Assembly (NCBI GenBank): GCA_964016885.1
Contig: OZ024755.1
Location: forward strand, 42,346,001-42,410,000
Direction of reading: 5' to 3'
DNA: 64,000 bases
Origin: Eledone cirrhosa
Taxonomy: Eukaryota
Below, piece by piece: positions 14,919 to 28,753 of the stretch. Position 1 is the stretch's first letter, and the number at the start of each line of letters is the position of its first letter. Under the pieces are notes generated by a model. The model searched no databases. It saw only the letters and a program-made list of their open reading frames with translations, and was not told the origin of the DNA. The position numbers were made by a program, and so were the translations under genes.

Positions 14919-15523
14919 GGACACGTGATGCGCATGAAAGTCGATAGCTGTATAACAAAGTGCAGGGCAATAAAGATAGACGGTAGTCACGGAATAGGCA
15001 GACCTAGAAAAACCTGGGACGAGCTGATAAACTCCGACATCACACACTTACACCTCTCCAAGACAATGTCACTGGACCGAGACCTTTGGCGGTACTCAGT
15101 AACAGAGAAGACCCGCCTTACCTAAATATATAGTAAAACCTACTCCAGCCAGTAGGCATCTCTAACAAAATACACCCCGTCCCACCACCCCCACCCCCAC
15201 CCGATCCACACCACCCCGTTCTATGTAAAGTTATGTTGGTGCCGCGCCATCGAGGCCGAAACAAATGAGATCGTGTAGGTGTCACGACAAAAAAACACAC
15301 AGTCCACGCTGTAATGTGGCCGTGTAGGCAACACGGTAAAAACCTCCCAGACCCACACTGTAAATGTGGTTGGTGTTAGGAAGGGCATCCAACTGTAGAA
15401 AACCTGCCAGACAGTCCTATGCGAGCAAGACAATCACTCTTGCCTCAAGTGGGACTACCCCCGTCCAAACCCATGCAAGCGTGGAACACGGACGTTAAAC
15501 GTTGATGATGATGATGATGATGA
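14919..15523 (+). mobile_element. 3' fragment of the PHD-type RTE with (GAT)n tail
   Basis: Near-identical to 7330-7910, plus 28 extra bp at the stop codon. Confidence 0.93.
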
Positions 15524-15529
15524 TATATG

Positions 15530-15562
<33 letters not shown>

Positions 15563-15563
15563 G

Positions 15564-15606
<43 letters not shown>

Positions 15607-15812
15607 GTATATATATATGTATGTATGTATATATATATATATGTATATATGTATATATATATATATATGTATGTATATATATATGTATGTATGTATATAT
15701 ATATGTATATATATATATGTATGTATATATATATGTATGTATGTATATATATATGTATATATGTATATATATATATGTATGTATATATATATGTATGTAT
15801 GTATGTATATAT
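15524..15812. repeat. (TA)n/TATG microsatellite
   Basis: Direct reading. Confidence 0.96.
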
Positions 15813-16436
15813 GTTTTCTCTTTCTCTTAATTTCGAGTATATTTTTTTGACCGGCCACCTTCCTGGTGGCAAGGTTGTAAAAGAAAAGAAATTGTCATCC
15901 CTTGAATCGCAAGAATGTTTTGCATATTTTGAAGGTGCCAGCTATCGCAGCCATTTGTAGACTATGAATTAGGGAGCTGCGCTTTTTGTCCGCAAATCCA
16001 AGTTCGGTCATACTTTGGTCCAAGCGGGTTGGTATATAACCCGTAGCACCAATAATGATGGGTATGAAGCTAAAGGTGTATCTTGGATACTGGATTTGTA
16101 AGCTCCTCATCAATGGTCCGTAGATGTCCTCCTTCTCCTGTATTTTTCTGACAACGTTTACATCAAGTGGGCAGCTGATCTCCACAACAGAACACGTTTT
16201 CAATGTGTGGTCCCAAACTACAATATCAGGCCGGTTGTGCTTTAATTTGGTGGCAGTTTTTATTTTCAGGTTCCACCAGTATTCCTTAGTGCCATCTGTC
16301 TCAATATATTCTTCCTCGTTTGTTGTTAATTTTGTTTTCCGTAGTGTGTTCCAGATAGTTCTAGCTATCCCATCGTGTCTCATGGGGAGCTAGTAGCGAG
16401 ATGACATTCTTTCGCAGCTGGCAACAATGTGGCTTA
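15813..16436 (-). pseudogene. 3' fragment of an R4/Dong-like non-LTR element (restriction-like endonuclease), with a nonsense mutation
   Basis: Translation [20 protein letters not shown]...YWWN...HNRPDIVVWD...VEISCP...KEDIY...PIIIGATG gives the end of the CCHC knuckle plus a PD-(D/E)xK RLE. Confidence 0.85.
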
Positions 16437-16751
16437 CTTATGTATGTATGTATATATGTATGTATGTATGTATATATGTATGTATGTATATATATATGTA
16501 TATATATATATATATATGTATATGTAAATATATGTATATTTATATATATATATATATATGTATATGTATATATATATATATGTATATGTATATATATATG
16601 TATATGTATATATATATGTATGTATATATATATGTATATGTATATATATATGTATATATATATGTATGTATATATATATGTATGTATATATATATGTATA
16701 TATGTATGTATATATATATGTATATATATGTATGTATATATATATATATGT

Positions 16752-16783
<32 letters not shown>

Positions 16784-16785
16784 GT

Positions 16786-16817
<32 letters not shown>

Positions 16818-16923
16818 GTATATATATGTATGTATATATGTATATGTATATATATATATGTGTATGTATATATGTATATGTATATATGTATATGTATATA
16901 TGTATATATGTATATGTATATAT

Positions 16924-16975
<52 letters not shown>

Positions 16976-16992
16976 GTATATATATGTATGTG

Positions 16993-17023
<31 letters not shown>

Positions 17024-17041
17024 GTATATGTATGTATGTAT

Positions 17042-17089
<48 letters not shown>

Positions 17090-17207
17090 GTATATAGATA
17101 TATATATGTATGTATATATATACATATATGTATGTATATATATATGTATGTATATATATATATGTATGTATATATATATATATGTATGTATATATATATA
17201 TATGTAT
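16437..17207. repeat. (TA)n/TATG microsatellite
   Basis: Direct reading. Confidence 0.97.
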
Positions 17208-19791
17208 AACTTTGAAATGTTTTGGCCAGTATTGGCCCAGGCCATGTCTAACTTAATAGCACCACCTGGCGAAGTCTTTCAATTCAGGATTTGGGCACCA
17301 TGGCCCATTCGAGAAGAGAATTACTGTTTGCGGAGACATATCCGGGTGTGGGTGGTTTGTCCGGGATTACTTGGAGGAATTTGTCCAAAGACTTCTTGAA
17401 TTTTGTGTGGTCAGTTTCTGTTTTGACGTGTCCTGGTGTGATGTTGAAGAGAGCAGGGCCGATTGAGGTGAAATAATTGTGCCGTATTGTTGTTATGAGT
17501 TGCGATTTAGATTTTTGAATGGGACGGATAGCACGGGGCCCAAGCCTTGGGTGTATCTTGAAGGCGATGCCAACATCATTTGGGCAGTGATGATGGAACA
17601 TTTTCCACATCATGCAGATAATATAACGCTCACGGCGACGTTGGAGTGAGTAAAGTTTCAGGTTTTCCAATCGACCCCAGTAGTCAAGGTCTGACATGCC
17701 ATCTATCTTTTTCGTGATTGCCCTTTGAGGAGCTTCAAGTTTCATGATACTTTGTTTCGTGTGGGGAGACCACAGTGGACAACAGTATTCAAGGTGTGGT
17801 CGGGCGAAAGTAGAGAAGAGAAGGATAATGGTGCGGGAATCTCTCGACTGGAAGGTTCTGAGGATCCAGGAACACATTCTGCGGGCCATGTCAACTTTGC
17901 TGCTTATATGCGTGGTCCAGCTTATGTTGCTGTCCACGGTTACTCCCAAGTCTCTGATGTTGTTAGATGCCACGAGAGTTTCCCCGGAGGGAAGGGAGTA
18001 CGGGAGTTTCAGAGCATCCTCTTTTCCAAAGTGGATCAGTTCGAATTTGTCTTCGTTCAGTAGCATGTTGTTCTTTTCTGCCCATTGGGTAACAGCCAGT
18101 AGGTCTGACTGAAGGCTTATCCGGTCATCCACGCCATTGATGACCTTTTGGAGCTTGGAATCATCAGCGAAAATTTTAATGTTGCTGTGTTTGATGATGT
18201 CAGTGATGTCATTAATATAGATGATGAAGAGAAGTGGGCCCAACACAGTGCCTTGTGGGACTCCACTACTGACTTTGGCTGGGCTTGATTTGACTCCCTC
18301 AACTACAACATGTTGGGTTCTGTTTGACAGGAAGCTCTTGATCCACTGCAGCAGCTTTCCAGTGACACCAATATTGGACAGCTTTCTCAGTAGAATGTTA
18401 TGATCAACCCTGTCAAAGGCCTTGCTGAAATCAAGGTAGATAACATCAGTGTTGGAACCCTCTCCCAAGGCTCTCAAAATGTCATCAAAGTGATGCAGTA
18501 GTTGCGTCAGGCAATCCCTTCCATTACGGAATCCATGCTGGTTGGAGTTCAGCATATTGTTACTCTCAAGGAAGTGGGTCATTCGCGATCTCACCACTCG
18601 CTCAAATACCTTAATGATATGAGAGGTGAGTGAGATTGGACGGTAATTCACGGCAAGGGATTTGTTTCCCTTTTTGAAAACTGGGACAACAGACTGGGAT
18701 AGAAGGTTTTCTGGCACATATCCAGCATCCAGTGAGTTCCGCCACAGATTGGCAAGAGGAGAAGCAAGTTGGTGTTGACACGCCTTCAAGACACAAGCAG
18801 GGAACCTATCGGGACCTACTGCTGAATTATGCTTGATTTCCTTTATTGCCGCCAAGACATCAGGGGCGCCAAACGTTATGTCCGATAAGGTGTAATGGGG
18901 AGTAACATCGCCGATACAGCCCAGATCGGCCATATCAGGATTGCTGAAAACAGAGCAGTATTGTTTCTGCAGTATCTCACCCATGGTTTTAGCATTGTCT
19001 TGAAGAGTGCCATTTTCATCAATTAGAGGGCCAACAGTAGAGCCAGTGATTTTGTGTTTTTTTGCAAATGAAAAGAACACTTTGGGATTGAGTTTGATCT
19101 TCTCAATGGCCCAGGCCTCTTCAGCTCTTCTCTGATTGTTGATGAGGGACATTATGTTGTTTTGGAGGTTATGTTTTTTAATCTCTAGTGATGAAATGGC
19201 AGTCAAGTTGATGTGTTGCTGCTGACAGTATTTCAGCTTGTTGATTTTTTTGTTCGTTCTCTTAATTTTTCTGATGAGTGTTTTTCTATTTCTAGGGATT
19301 CTGCTCTTAGATTTGTTTATAGTTCTTAATGGGGTGTGTTTAGCACATATGTTTGTAACAGTGTCCACAAATGTCTGCCAGGACTTTTTGATGTTAGTGG
19401 GTGTATGAGTGTGCGTGAAGGACCAGTCGACATGTGCAAGATCATGACTGATCGCTTCCCAGTTTGCATTGTGGAAATCCATAGCGTCAAACGGATGGAC
19501 AGGAGAAATGACATTGGGTTTGTATATTGGACGGTGGAATCTCAGATCACAGAGAACCATGTCATGATCAGAGAGTAGAGTTTTCTCCACTGCAATATTG
19601 TGGATATTGTCAGTGTGATTGCTGAAAATTAAGTCTAGGACGTTTTTGTGGCACCTCGTTGGTTCGAGCACTAGTTGGGATAGGAAGAAATCATCCATGA
19701 AGTCAAGAAGCGATTCCACAGCTTCCCTGTCAGAGGTTGAGGCAGAAGAACCTGGTGGCAGGGTGTTTGTGGACCAGTCAACTCCGGGGAG
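17208..19791 (-). mobile_element. 5'-truncated CR1-like LINE
   Basis: End of APE (LDLIFS, SDH) plus complete RT and a short 3'UTR running directly into a TA tract. Confidence 0.92.
17284..19719 (-). CDS. CR1-like ORF2 (partial APE + RT), open but 5'-truncated
   Basis: [50 protein letters not shown]. Confidence 0.9.
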   Translation of the reverse strand: MESLLDFMDDFFLSQLVLEPTRCHKNVLDLIFSNHTDNIHNIAVEKTLLSDHDMVLCDLRFHRPIYKPNVISPVHPFDAMDFHNANWEAISHDLAHVDWSFTHTHTPTNIKKSWQTFVDTVTNICAKHTPLRTINKSKSRIPRNRKTLIRKIKRTNKKINKLKYCQQQHINLTAISSLEIKKHNLQNNIMSLINNQRRAEEAWAIEKIKLNPKVFFSFAKKHKITGSTVGPLIDENGTLQDNAKTMGEILQKQYCSVFSNPDMADLGCIGDVTPHYTLSDITFGAPDVLAAIKEIKHNSAVGPDRFPACVLKACQHQLASPLANLWRNSLDAGYVPENLLSQSVVPVFKKGNKSLAVNYRPISLTSHIIKVFERVVRSRMTHFLESNNMLNSNQHGFRNGRDCLTQLLHHFDDILRALGEGSNTDVIYLDFSKAFDRVDHNILLRKLSNIGVTGKLLQWIKSFLSNRTQHVVVEGVKSSPAKVSSGVPQGTVLGPLLFIIYINDITDIIKHSNIKIFADDSKLQKVINGVDDRISLQSDLLAVTQWAEKNNMLLNEDKFELIHFGKEDALKLPYSLPSGETLVASNNIRDLGVTVDSNISWTTHISSKVDMARRMCSWILRTFQSRDSRTIILLFSTFARPHLEYCCPLWSPHTKQSIMKLEAPQRAITKKIDGMSDLDYWGRLENLKLYSLQRRRERYIICMMWKMFHHHCPNDVGIAFKIHPRLGPRAIRPIQKSKSQLITTIRHNYFTSIGPALFNITPGHVKTETDHTKFKKSLDKFLQVIPDKPPTPGYVSANSNSLLEWAMVPKS

Positions 19792-21310
<1,519 letters not shown>

Positions 21311-22493
21311 AGGGAGCTTATAGATAGGACAACACACGCTGTCTCTTCGTGGGGTAAGTTTTTAATTAATTTTTGTATTCTGAAACATCAAAATACAACA
21401 ATTTGTTGGTTACTGGTCTCGGGAATGTCACGACAGAAGTTTGTGGAAGTTACACAAATATTTTAGTATATTTTAGCAGAGCAATCCTTATTTATATTTT
21501 ACATTTACTTACATCTCAATATAACATGGCTAGAATTCAAATTTTGCTAAGAGAAGAAAACGGTCAAATGAACTAGATACATCTCACTGTCCACACCACC
21601 ACAATAACGTCTACACTCTCTCCCCACCATCACATGTCATTACCATACCATACCCTATCGAGACTAAAGTCATCGACCTGTTGTCAAACTCTCTACTCTC
21701 TGATGAATGTATATATATATATGTGTGTGTATGTATATGTGTGTATATACATCACTCAGTCAAACAACCAGATTTCAACCCCAACATCTACAACAACAAC
21801 AACACCGGCCCTAATGTTTACAGCAACAACAGCTTCAGAATGAACTGAAATGAACATTTACAACAATTACAACAACAACAACAACAGCGGCATCAAAACA
21901 TAAAAAAAAAGGAAGGGAAAAGAAAAAAGAAAAGGGAAGGGGAAAAAAAAAAAAAAAAAAAAAAAAGGAGAAAAAAAAAAAAAAAAAAAGAAAGGAAAAA
22001 AAAAAAAAAAACTCAAAATAACAAAACACACACACACACACACACACACACAACAGAACAACAACATCAACTGCCACCACCACCACCACCGCCACCGCCG
22101 TCGCCATCACCATCACCAGCGACCTGGCCTTAAGAACAACTTTAATAATAATTTTTCTGCTTTTGGCACGGATCCAGCGACTGGCCAGCGCATCACTGGT
22201 ACTCTCTTTTGTTGACTCCGTGGAGAGCCATAACTCTATGCTGTAAAGCAATTATAGTAATACTGGACTGTAATACGATCGGCTTCAACTATACAAACTC
22301 TTGAAAGTCAACAGTTGACATAATCTGGTAATCTTGTATCAGTAATGACGGTAATATATATATATATATGTGTGTGTGTGCGTGTAAGTGAGTAGAGTAG
22401 CGTGTGTGTGTGTTTGTTGTGTGTGTGAGTGTTGCTGTGTGCACGCATATGTATGCGTGTGTGTGTATGTCGTACGTATAAGTGTCAATAAGT

Positions 22494-22529
<36 letters not shown>

Positions 22530-23071
22530 GCGGGGACATAGAAATAATCGGGCTGGATGCCCGATCGCGCAGTTAAACCACTGGGAGTGAAGAACCCCTA
22601 GCCCATGTCAGGGTATTCTTCTAGGAGAAGGCATCTCAGGAAACTGGGTTAACTCCGATATAAAACCTGCGGCTCAGTAGTTACCGATGATGTTGATCTT
22701 TTCTTCTTTTCGGGTTATAGCTACTGTCGCTCAGAGAGTGGGATTGGTTCAGTGCACAGTCTTTCCTCACTTTAAAAATATTCGTCACGCACAGGCATTG
22801 CACGAGTGCATTAATAATTATTAATAGTGTAGTATTATTATTATTATTATTATTATTATTGACGAAAGTGGATGTACGTTTTTTTGAAGCTCCGTGAGTA
22901 AGCAATTTTTTGAGGATTAATTGTGGAGAATTGTTTATTTTTTGTACCGCTGAAGCATTATAAGACATTAATTTGTATCCTGTGAAGGAATAACTCATAA
23001 TATTTGGGCCTTTTGGCCCAAATATTTGAACTTTATTTTGAAAAAAATAATAATTTTTTTCTCAAAAAAAC

Positions 23072-24982
23072 ATGGCGGAGCCACGCCCCCTAGAGGCGGG
23101 TCTGCTGTCGTGCAACGGCGACTTGAGCGTTGAGAGGAGAGGTGAGGCGAGGAGCGCCACCAGCACGAATGTGAGCAGCGACAGTGCCAGCACCAACGGG
23201 CCGAGCGGCGCGGAAGGTGGTAACAGCGACAACACCAACACCAACAAGCCGAACAGCGCAGAAGGTGGTAATAGCGAGAGCACCAACAAAACGAACAGCA
23301 CAGAGAGTAATAGTAGCGACAGCAGCAGCACCAACAAGGCCAACAGCACAGAAGGTAACCACGACACAGGGGAGAACAACAACAGCAATAGCAGCAGCAA
23401 CACCAACAAGAACAACAACAGTGACAACACCAACAAGAACACTTTCGCTGCTGTGGCAGCGGCTAAAAGGAGACCATGCTACAGCATCGACTTAACCAAC
23501 AGAGAGGAAAAGTTGGCCCAGGCCTGGAAAATCATAAATCAAGAGCAGACCTGGGCAAACTTAACTGTCCCGGCAGAAGCCATTGAGGCAGTGGAAAAAA
23601 GAACGGTGCATTTCAGATGCATCTCAGTAGAGACAAAGAGGGCAGCGATAATCGCCCAAGCTGACATAGAAGCCGCACTGAAATACATCAGAGAGGACAC
23701 AGACTTCATAGAGAGGGGCAGGCAATACGGCACCGTTTCGGTGCTGTTCAAGTCTGAAGCCCTCGCTGTGAAGCATTCAATGACCCCTTGCAAAACCAGC
23801 AAGGTCATAATGTACCCCTCCCACATGGGAAAACGAATAGCACGTGTGCGCATTCCCAGGATTCCACCAGGACTTGATATGTGGTGGCTCCTGGGTTGCG
23901 TAATCGTGGAAGGAACGGATACAGTCCCGGTAGAGGCAACGAGAACTGCCAGGGACGACTGGTCCGGGGTTGATCTGGAGATACTGCTCCAAATCAGACC
24001 CGAAAACGTAAAAACAATCCCGGACCACATCCGCCTCCAAAACGGGAGGGTGTTGCATATAATGACTGAGGGCAAAAGGCCGCATTGTTTCCTTTGTGGG
24101 GAAACGACACACTTGCGAGCCTTCTGCCCTCAACTGCCGAAAAGCGCAAGGGGTCGAAAGATTCCACTGCTGGCGACGCCGGGACAAGGACCACCAGCAA
24201 CACCGTCAACAATGGAACCACCAAAATTGCACACCCAGGGGGGAAACGAGGAAAGCTCTCCCATTCCCCCTCCCCCCCAAAATACACACACGAACAAGAA
24301 CATAAACACTCACTCAGACACAAACACGCTCACAGCCACAGACCCCTCATCCTCCAGCAGTGAAGATGAGGGAAAACCAAAGTCCCCCAAAATACAAAAA
24401 ACAAAACACAAAAAAAAAAGAAATCCACAAAGCACAAACACCCCCACAAAAAAAAATACACACACCACCCACACAAACATTTTCCCCACAGCATCACCAA
24501 CACAACCACCAAAATCCCCCAAACGCAAACAAGCTAAACAGACACAAGAACAAATAGACACACAAACATCAGAAACTACAGACACCCCACCCACAACAAA
24601 CGCAGACACAATAGAAACAACACTAACAAAGCTATCACCACCACAATCACACGAACAAATAAAACCCGAGCAACAAAACATTAAAAACTTCGTGCTTGCC
24701 AGAAGGGCCAACAAGGAATTGATGGCCCATGTAGCACGAAGCACAAACATCGAAAAAGACGGGGAAACATTTGAAGCGAGCACATTTCGCGTACCAGATA
24801 ATTTGCTTCTGATGCGAATGTCGCTCGCTTCATACAAAGAAATTCGAAAGAGCTTTCCTCGGGATGTGGGAACCCCGAACGTAAAACCCACGTCAAGACT
24901 ATTAAAGGGGTTCCCAAAAGAAACCCCACAAACCATGGAGGTCGAACCACCCGACCTTCACAAGACCCCGGAAGGTAAGTAA
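23072..24982 (+). CDS. Tx1 ORF1 (gag-like, CCHC zinc knuckle)
   Basis: CFLCGETTHLRAFC knuckle, N/S-rich N-terminus, P/T-rich C-terminus; core homologous to 32661-34757. Confidence 0.88.
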   Translation: MAEPRPLEAGLLSCNGDLSVERRGEARSATSTNVSSDSASTNGPSGAEGGNSDNTNTNKPNSAEGGNSESTNKTNSTESNSSDSSSTNKANSTEGNHDTGENNNSNSSSNTNKNNNSDNTNKNTFAAVAAAKRRPCYSIDLTNREEKLAQAWKIINQEQTWANLTVPAEAIEAVEKRTVHFRCISVETKRAAIIAQADIEAALKYIREDTDFIERGRQYGTVSVLFKSEALAVKHSMTPCKTSKVIMYPSHMGKRIARVRIPRIPPGLDMWWLLGCVIVEGTDTVPVEATRTARDDWSGVDLEILLQIRPENVKTIPDHIRLQNGRVLHIMTEGKRPHCFLCGETTHLRAFCPQLPKSARGRKIPLLATPGQGPPATPSTMEPPKLHTQGGNEESSPIPPPPQNTHTNKNINTHSDTNTLTATDPSSSSSEDEGKPKSPKIQKTKHKKKRNPQSTNTPTKKNTHTTHTNIFPTASPTQPPKSPKRKQAKQTQEQIDTQTSETTDTPPTTNADTIETTLTKLSPPQSHEQIKPEQQNIKNFVLARRANKELMAHVARSTNIEKDGETFEASTFRVPDNLLLMRMSLASYKEIRKSFPRDVGTPNVKPTSRLLKGFPKETPQTMEVEPPDLHKTPEGK

Positions 24983-25011
24983 ACCTTTCCTCTCCCATTC
25001 ATCCTGCCAGC

Positions 25012-28000
25012 ATGGCCATAAGAGTAGGAAGTTTAAATGTTCGTGGCCTGGGGTCGCCCTGGAAGCAAGGTCACTTGCTCAACGACCTCAGGTCACTAGG
25101 AATGGATGTAATTGCCATCAGCGAGACCAGAATATCCGACACACGCGCACTGGCGCCGATTTTCGACGATTATCAGATCTTTGCATCTGTTAGTCGGCCG
25201 GGAATGGGAGGTGGAGTGGCTGTGCTGTTTAGGAAATGTCTGGATCTCGAGGTAAGGTCAATCTTCCGGGATCCTGACGGAAAGTTGGTGGTCCTGGACG
25301 TGAGCAATAGCGAAGGTGGTGCCTTTAGACTGGTGGCCGTCTACGCCCCTACTGGGGCCGGTCGGCCGGACTTCTTTAGGCGCCTGGAAAACTTTCTGCT
25401 TACGTCTCGCCCTTTACTGTTAATAGGGGATTGGAATGGCATCTTAGAAGCACGCTGGGATTGTGTGGGAGTATCTGATAGGAGCGGGGGGTGCAAAAGC
25501 CTCAAGTACCTGATCAGCCAGTTTCAACTGTCTGACAGGTACCGACTAGATTTCCCTAATGCGCCAGTATGGACCTGGACCAATCGCATAGGGTCATCTA
25601 GATCGTACATAGATAGGATTTTCATTAGGAAAAGAGATAGAAATAGTGTAGGATGTCCACATTTTAAAACGGTTGCCTATTCAGATCACAAGCTTGTGAT
25701 CTGTATGGTCGACCTAGATAAGACACGTAGGTTAGGACCTAGCTACTGGAAGCTAAACATGTCGTTTCCGGCACGTAAAGCTTACAGGGACCGGGTCAAC
25801 AACTTAGTTAAGCAAAAGTTGACAGGGGGGGTTGTCAACAACAGGTGGTGGGGGGCACTCAAAAGAGAGATTAGAGCAACCTCGATAGGATTTAGCAAAG
25901 AAGTAGCAATAGAGAAAAATAGAAAGGAGGAGGGGCTGATAGCTAAGTTAGACGAGGCTATTTGTAGTGGCATTGCAACAGACGTGCTAGCGGCGAGAAT
26001 GGCACTAGACCATTTCTTCAATGCGAAACACGAAGGTTGCATTGTCAGAGCTAAGGCGCGTGCTCTGAGGAACGAGGGAACCAAAGCTGCCCGATGGGCT
26101 CGCTTTGCAGAGACGCAGCGTGGAAATAAAACCACAATTCGGTCTTTGACGGATCGAGATGGACACGAACTGAGCGATTCCAAGCAGATGTGTGAGGCCT
26201 TTCGCCAGCACTTTGCTCGATTGTTCGGGAGGATGGGTGAGTCGGAGACGGCGGCGGACTTCAGTCCCTACCTCGACGGCTTGCCACGCCTCTCGACGGC
26301 CGACGCTGAGCGCTGCGAAGAGCCGATAACATCAGCCGAAATTCAGGACGCCCTTGTCGGCTGCTCGAGTCGCAAGTCACCCGGTTTGGATGGTCTGCCC
26401 TACGAGCTTTACGTAAATATGCCAGACTTGTTCTCCGATCTCCTCGAAGCGCTCTACTGCAACTGGCAGCAGAACGGGAGCATTCCCAGTTCTGTGAGCC
26501 GTGGCGTAGTGACGCTGATAAGGAAAGACGAGAACAAGAGGGACACACTAGATAATTTCAGGCCCATAACCCTGCTCAACACAGAGTTTAAGATTTTGGC
26601 CAAGGTGTTAGCGAAAAGGTTGGCGCTTGTCGTCAAAGATTTGGTTGGGGAGGCGCAAACTTGCGCAATCCCGACCAGGTCCATACACGACAACCTCCAC
26701 CTCATGCGATACATCATAGAGAGGGTTGGGTGCAAACCTGGCTTCGGTGGGGCTCTGATCAATTTAGATCAATCGAAAGCATTCGATAGGGTCGACCATC
26801 GGTACTTGGAGGCTGTCCTCGAGGCGGCTGGCTTCGGCCCCGTCTTCAGAAGCTGGATCGCTGCAATGTACAGCGGCATCCGCTCGGTGGTCAAAGTTAA
26901 TGGCCACCTCTCGGAACCGTTTCAGATCTCTCGATCGGTCCGTCAAGGGTGCCCTCTCTCCTCACTTCTGTACGTATTGACTCTTGAGCCTCTACTGCGG
27001 AAGCTGGAGTTGTTGCAGGGCATCCCGCTCGAACCGGGACGTAGAAAGGCTGCGTCCGCTTATGCGGACGACATCACCGTGATGGTGTCGGACACCTCGG
27101 AAATCGAGGTGATCCGCACCCATTTGGAGGAATATGAAAGGTTGACGGGAGCAAAACTTAACCCGGAAAAGTCGGTGGGCTTGCAGCTCGGCACCTGGAG
27201 AGGCAAGTCCATGCCGTCCAACAGCGTCGTTGGGCGCTGGACAGACGGACCGGTAAAGTTGCTCGGGGTTTGGTTCGGACCAGACCTCCAGGTGGATAAG
27301 AATTGGGACGAGGTGACGAGCAGGATAGCCAACCTCACCCAGAAATGGGCTGAGAGAAAGCTATCACTGAAAGGGCGGGCGGAGGTGGCGAACGCGTACA
27401 TCGCGTCCGTCATCTACTACCGCCTGACCGTCGTGCCTTGCCCCCGTCCACGCCTCGCCAATTTGGAACGGCTCCTTTTCAAATTTTTGTGGAGGGGACG
27501 GGTCCCGTTGGTGAGGCGGTCCATCTGCTGCCAGCACCCTCTTCGTGGAGGGCTGGGCATGCCGTGGCTAATGATGCGCAGACATGCGCTGAGGCTGCGA
27601 CATCTCCAGATATTTTGCCTAAACGGTGAACAGGTGTGGTCGCCGTTTGTTAGACGGGCCTTTCCGCAGCTCATCTCTTTGACTGAGCTGCAGTCCTGGG
27701 TCAAGAAGAGACCGAGACTGGGCGACTGGCATCTGGAATGTTGCCAGGCGCTCACTGCACTCTGCAAGGCGGGCAATGCGGTCAGTGGAACTTCCACTCA
27801 AGATTTCTATAGAGGATTAGTGGAGGGCAAGTGCGATGACGTACTAGGAGAGGCTCTGGGCGTCAACGAAGTAGAACTGACCAGTATGTTCCGGAGGACT
27901 TTCGAGCCGGGGACGATGGATAACTTCCAGAAATCCCTCGCTTGGCAGTGCTACCGGGGGGCGCTGCCGGTTCGGGATAAACTCTACAGGCACGGAAGTG

Positions 28001-28431
28001 CTGTCAGACGAACCTGCCCGAGATGCGCGCAGAGCGACGAAACCGTTCTGCACGCACTCGTCCAGTGTCCGTGCATTGCTGACTTGTGGGGTTATGTCGA
28101 ACAGCTATTGTCGCGTGTAGAACGGATCCGGCTATCGTCCGAGTCCATAGTGAAGATTGACCCGCCGCCTTCTTTTGGTCAGGAAGGGCAGGCAATTTTC
28201 CTCTGCCTGGTGGCAGTAGCGAAAGAGGTTGCATGGTGGACCAGGTTGAAAGGACTGAAGACAGACACTTTTCTCTTCGGCCAATCCCTCATCAACTTCT
28301 TCAAGTTTCACTTGGAAAGGAAGGTGAGGGTGGAGAGAGAAGTGCTGCCCCCCAGTACATTTACTGAAAGGTGGGTGAATGTGGCGAGAATGGCCCGCGT
28401 GAGTGGGCCTACTCTGATCATGCGCCTGTAG
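25012..28431 (+). CDS. Tx1/L1 ORF2: APE + RT + C-terminal CCHC
   Basis: SLNVRGL, SET, GDWN, SDH, YWKLN, SPGLDG, LDQSKAFDRV, QGCPLS, YADD, CPRC...ETVLHALVQC. Confidence 0.95.
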   Translation: MAIRVGSLNVRGLGSPWKQGHLLNDLRSLGMDVIAISETRISDTRALAPIFDDYQIFASVSRPGMGGGVAVLFRKCLDLEVRSIFRDPDGKLVVLDVSNSEGGAFRLVAVYAPTGAGRPDFFRRLENFLLTSRPLLLIGDWNGILEARWDCVGVSDRSGGCKSLKYLISQFQLSDRYRLDFPNAPVWTWTNRIGSSRSYIDRIFIRKRDRNSVGCPHFKTVAYSDHKLVICMVDLDKTRRLGPSYWKLNMSFPARKAYRDRVNNLVKQKLTGGVVNNRWWGALKREIRATSIGFSKEVAIEKNRKEEGLIAKLDEAICSGIATDVLAARMALDHFFNAKHEGCIVRAKARALRNEGTKAARWARFAETQRGNKTTIRSLTDRDGHELSDSKQMCEAFRQHFARLFGRMGESETAADFSPYLDGLPRLSTADAERCEEPITSAEIQDALVGCSSRKSPGLDGLPYELYVNMPDLFSDLLEALYCNWQQNGSIPSSVSRGVVTLIRKDENKRDTLDNFRPITLLNTEFKILAKVLAKRLALVVKDLVGEAQTCAIPTRSIHDNLHLMRYIIERVGCKPGFGGALINLDQSKAFDRVDHRYLEAVLEAAGFGPVFRSWIAAMYSGIRSVVKVNGHLSEPFQISRSVRQGCPLSSLLYVLTLEPLLRKLELLQGIPLEPGRRKAASAYADDITVMVSDTSEIEVIRTHLEEYERLTGAKLNPEKSVGLQLGTWRGKSMPSNSVVGRWTDGPVKLLGVWFGPDLQVDKNWDEVTSRIANLTQKWAERKLSLKGRAEVANAYIASVIYYRLTVVPCPRPRLANLERLLFKFLWRGRVPLVRRSICCQHPLRGGLGMPWLMMRRHALRLRHLQIFCLNGEQVWSPFVRRAFPQLISLTELQSWVKKRPRLGDWHLECCQALTALCKAGNAVSGTSTQDFYRGLVEGKCDDVLGEALGVNEVELTSMFRRTFEPGTMDNFQKSLAWQCYRGALPVRDKLYRHGSAVRRTCPRCAQSDETVLHALVQCPCIADLWGYVEQLLSRVERIRLSSESIVKIDPPPSFGQEGQAIFLCLVAVAKEVAWWTRLKGLKTDTFLFGQSLINFFKFHLERKVRVEREVLPPSTFTERWVNVARMARVSGPTLIMRL

Positions 28432-28753
28432 GCTGGTGAATTCGAGAAGGAGAGGGGTGCCCTTCCCGGGTGCCCTAGGAGCGTCGGGTGGCTCAGGACT
28501 GGTGGGGTGCTTGAGTCAACCCTGGGTGGTGATCCCTCTTATTGGGGAACTTTCATTGTTGTATTTTTATTGTTATTTTGTTTTTGTTTTTTTGTTATTT
28601 ATACTTACTCGATCTCTATGTAAACCCCCACTGTCCCTGTCTATTGTGTTGTCCCCTATATGTCGGCCCTTGTGGCCAATAAATGAAATCATTATTATTA
28701 TTATTACTATTATTATTACTTTTTTTTTTTTTTTTTTTTTTTTTCCCAATTCA

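Larger units (their letters stand above)
22861..28690 (+). mobile_element. Full-length Tx1/L1-type element A inserted in (ATT)n
   Basis: ORF1 + ORF2; begins right after (ATT)n and ends AATAAATGAAATC followed by (ATT)n. Confidence 0.92.

Noticed and set aside
21695-21760. CTGATGA motif followed by a hairpin
   Set aside because: No downstream GAAA or helix III; not a hammerhead
24975-25010. 36-nt intron fusing Tx1-A ORF1 to ORF2
   Set aside because: Splicing would be out of frame with ORF2, and element B has no equivalent acceptor
28436-28753. N-terminal extension of the RTE ORF in the ORF track
   Set aside because: It is the Tx1-A 3'UTR plus (ATT)n and poly-T read through by chance; the plausible start is ATG 28754
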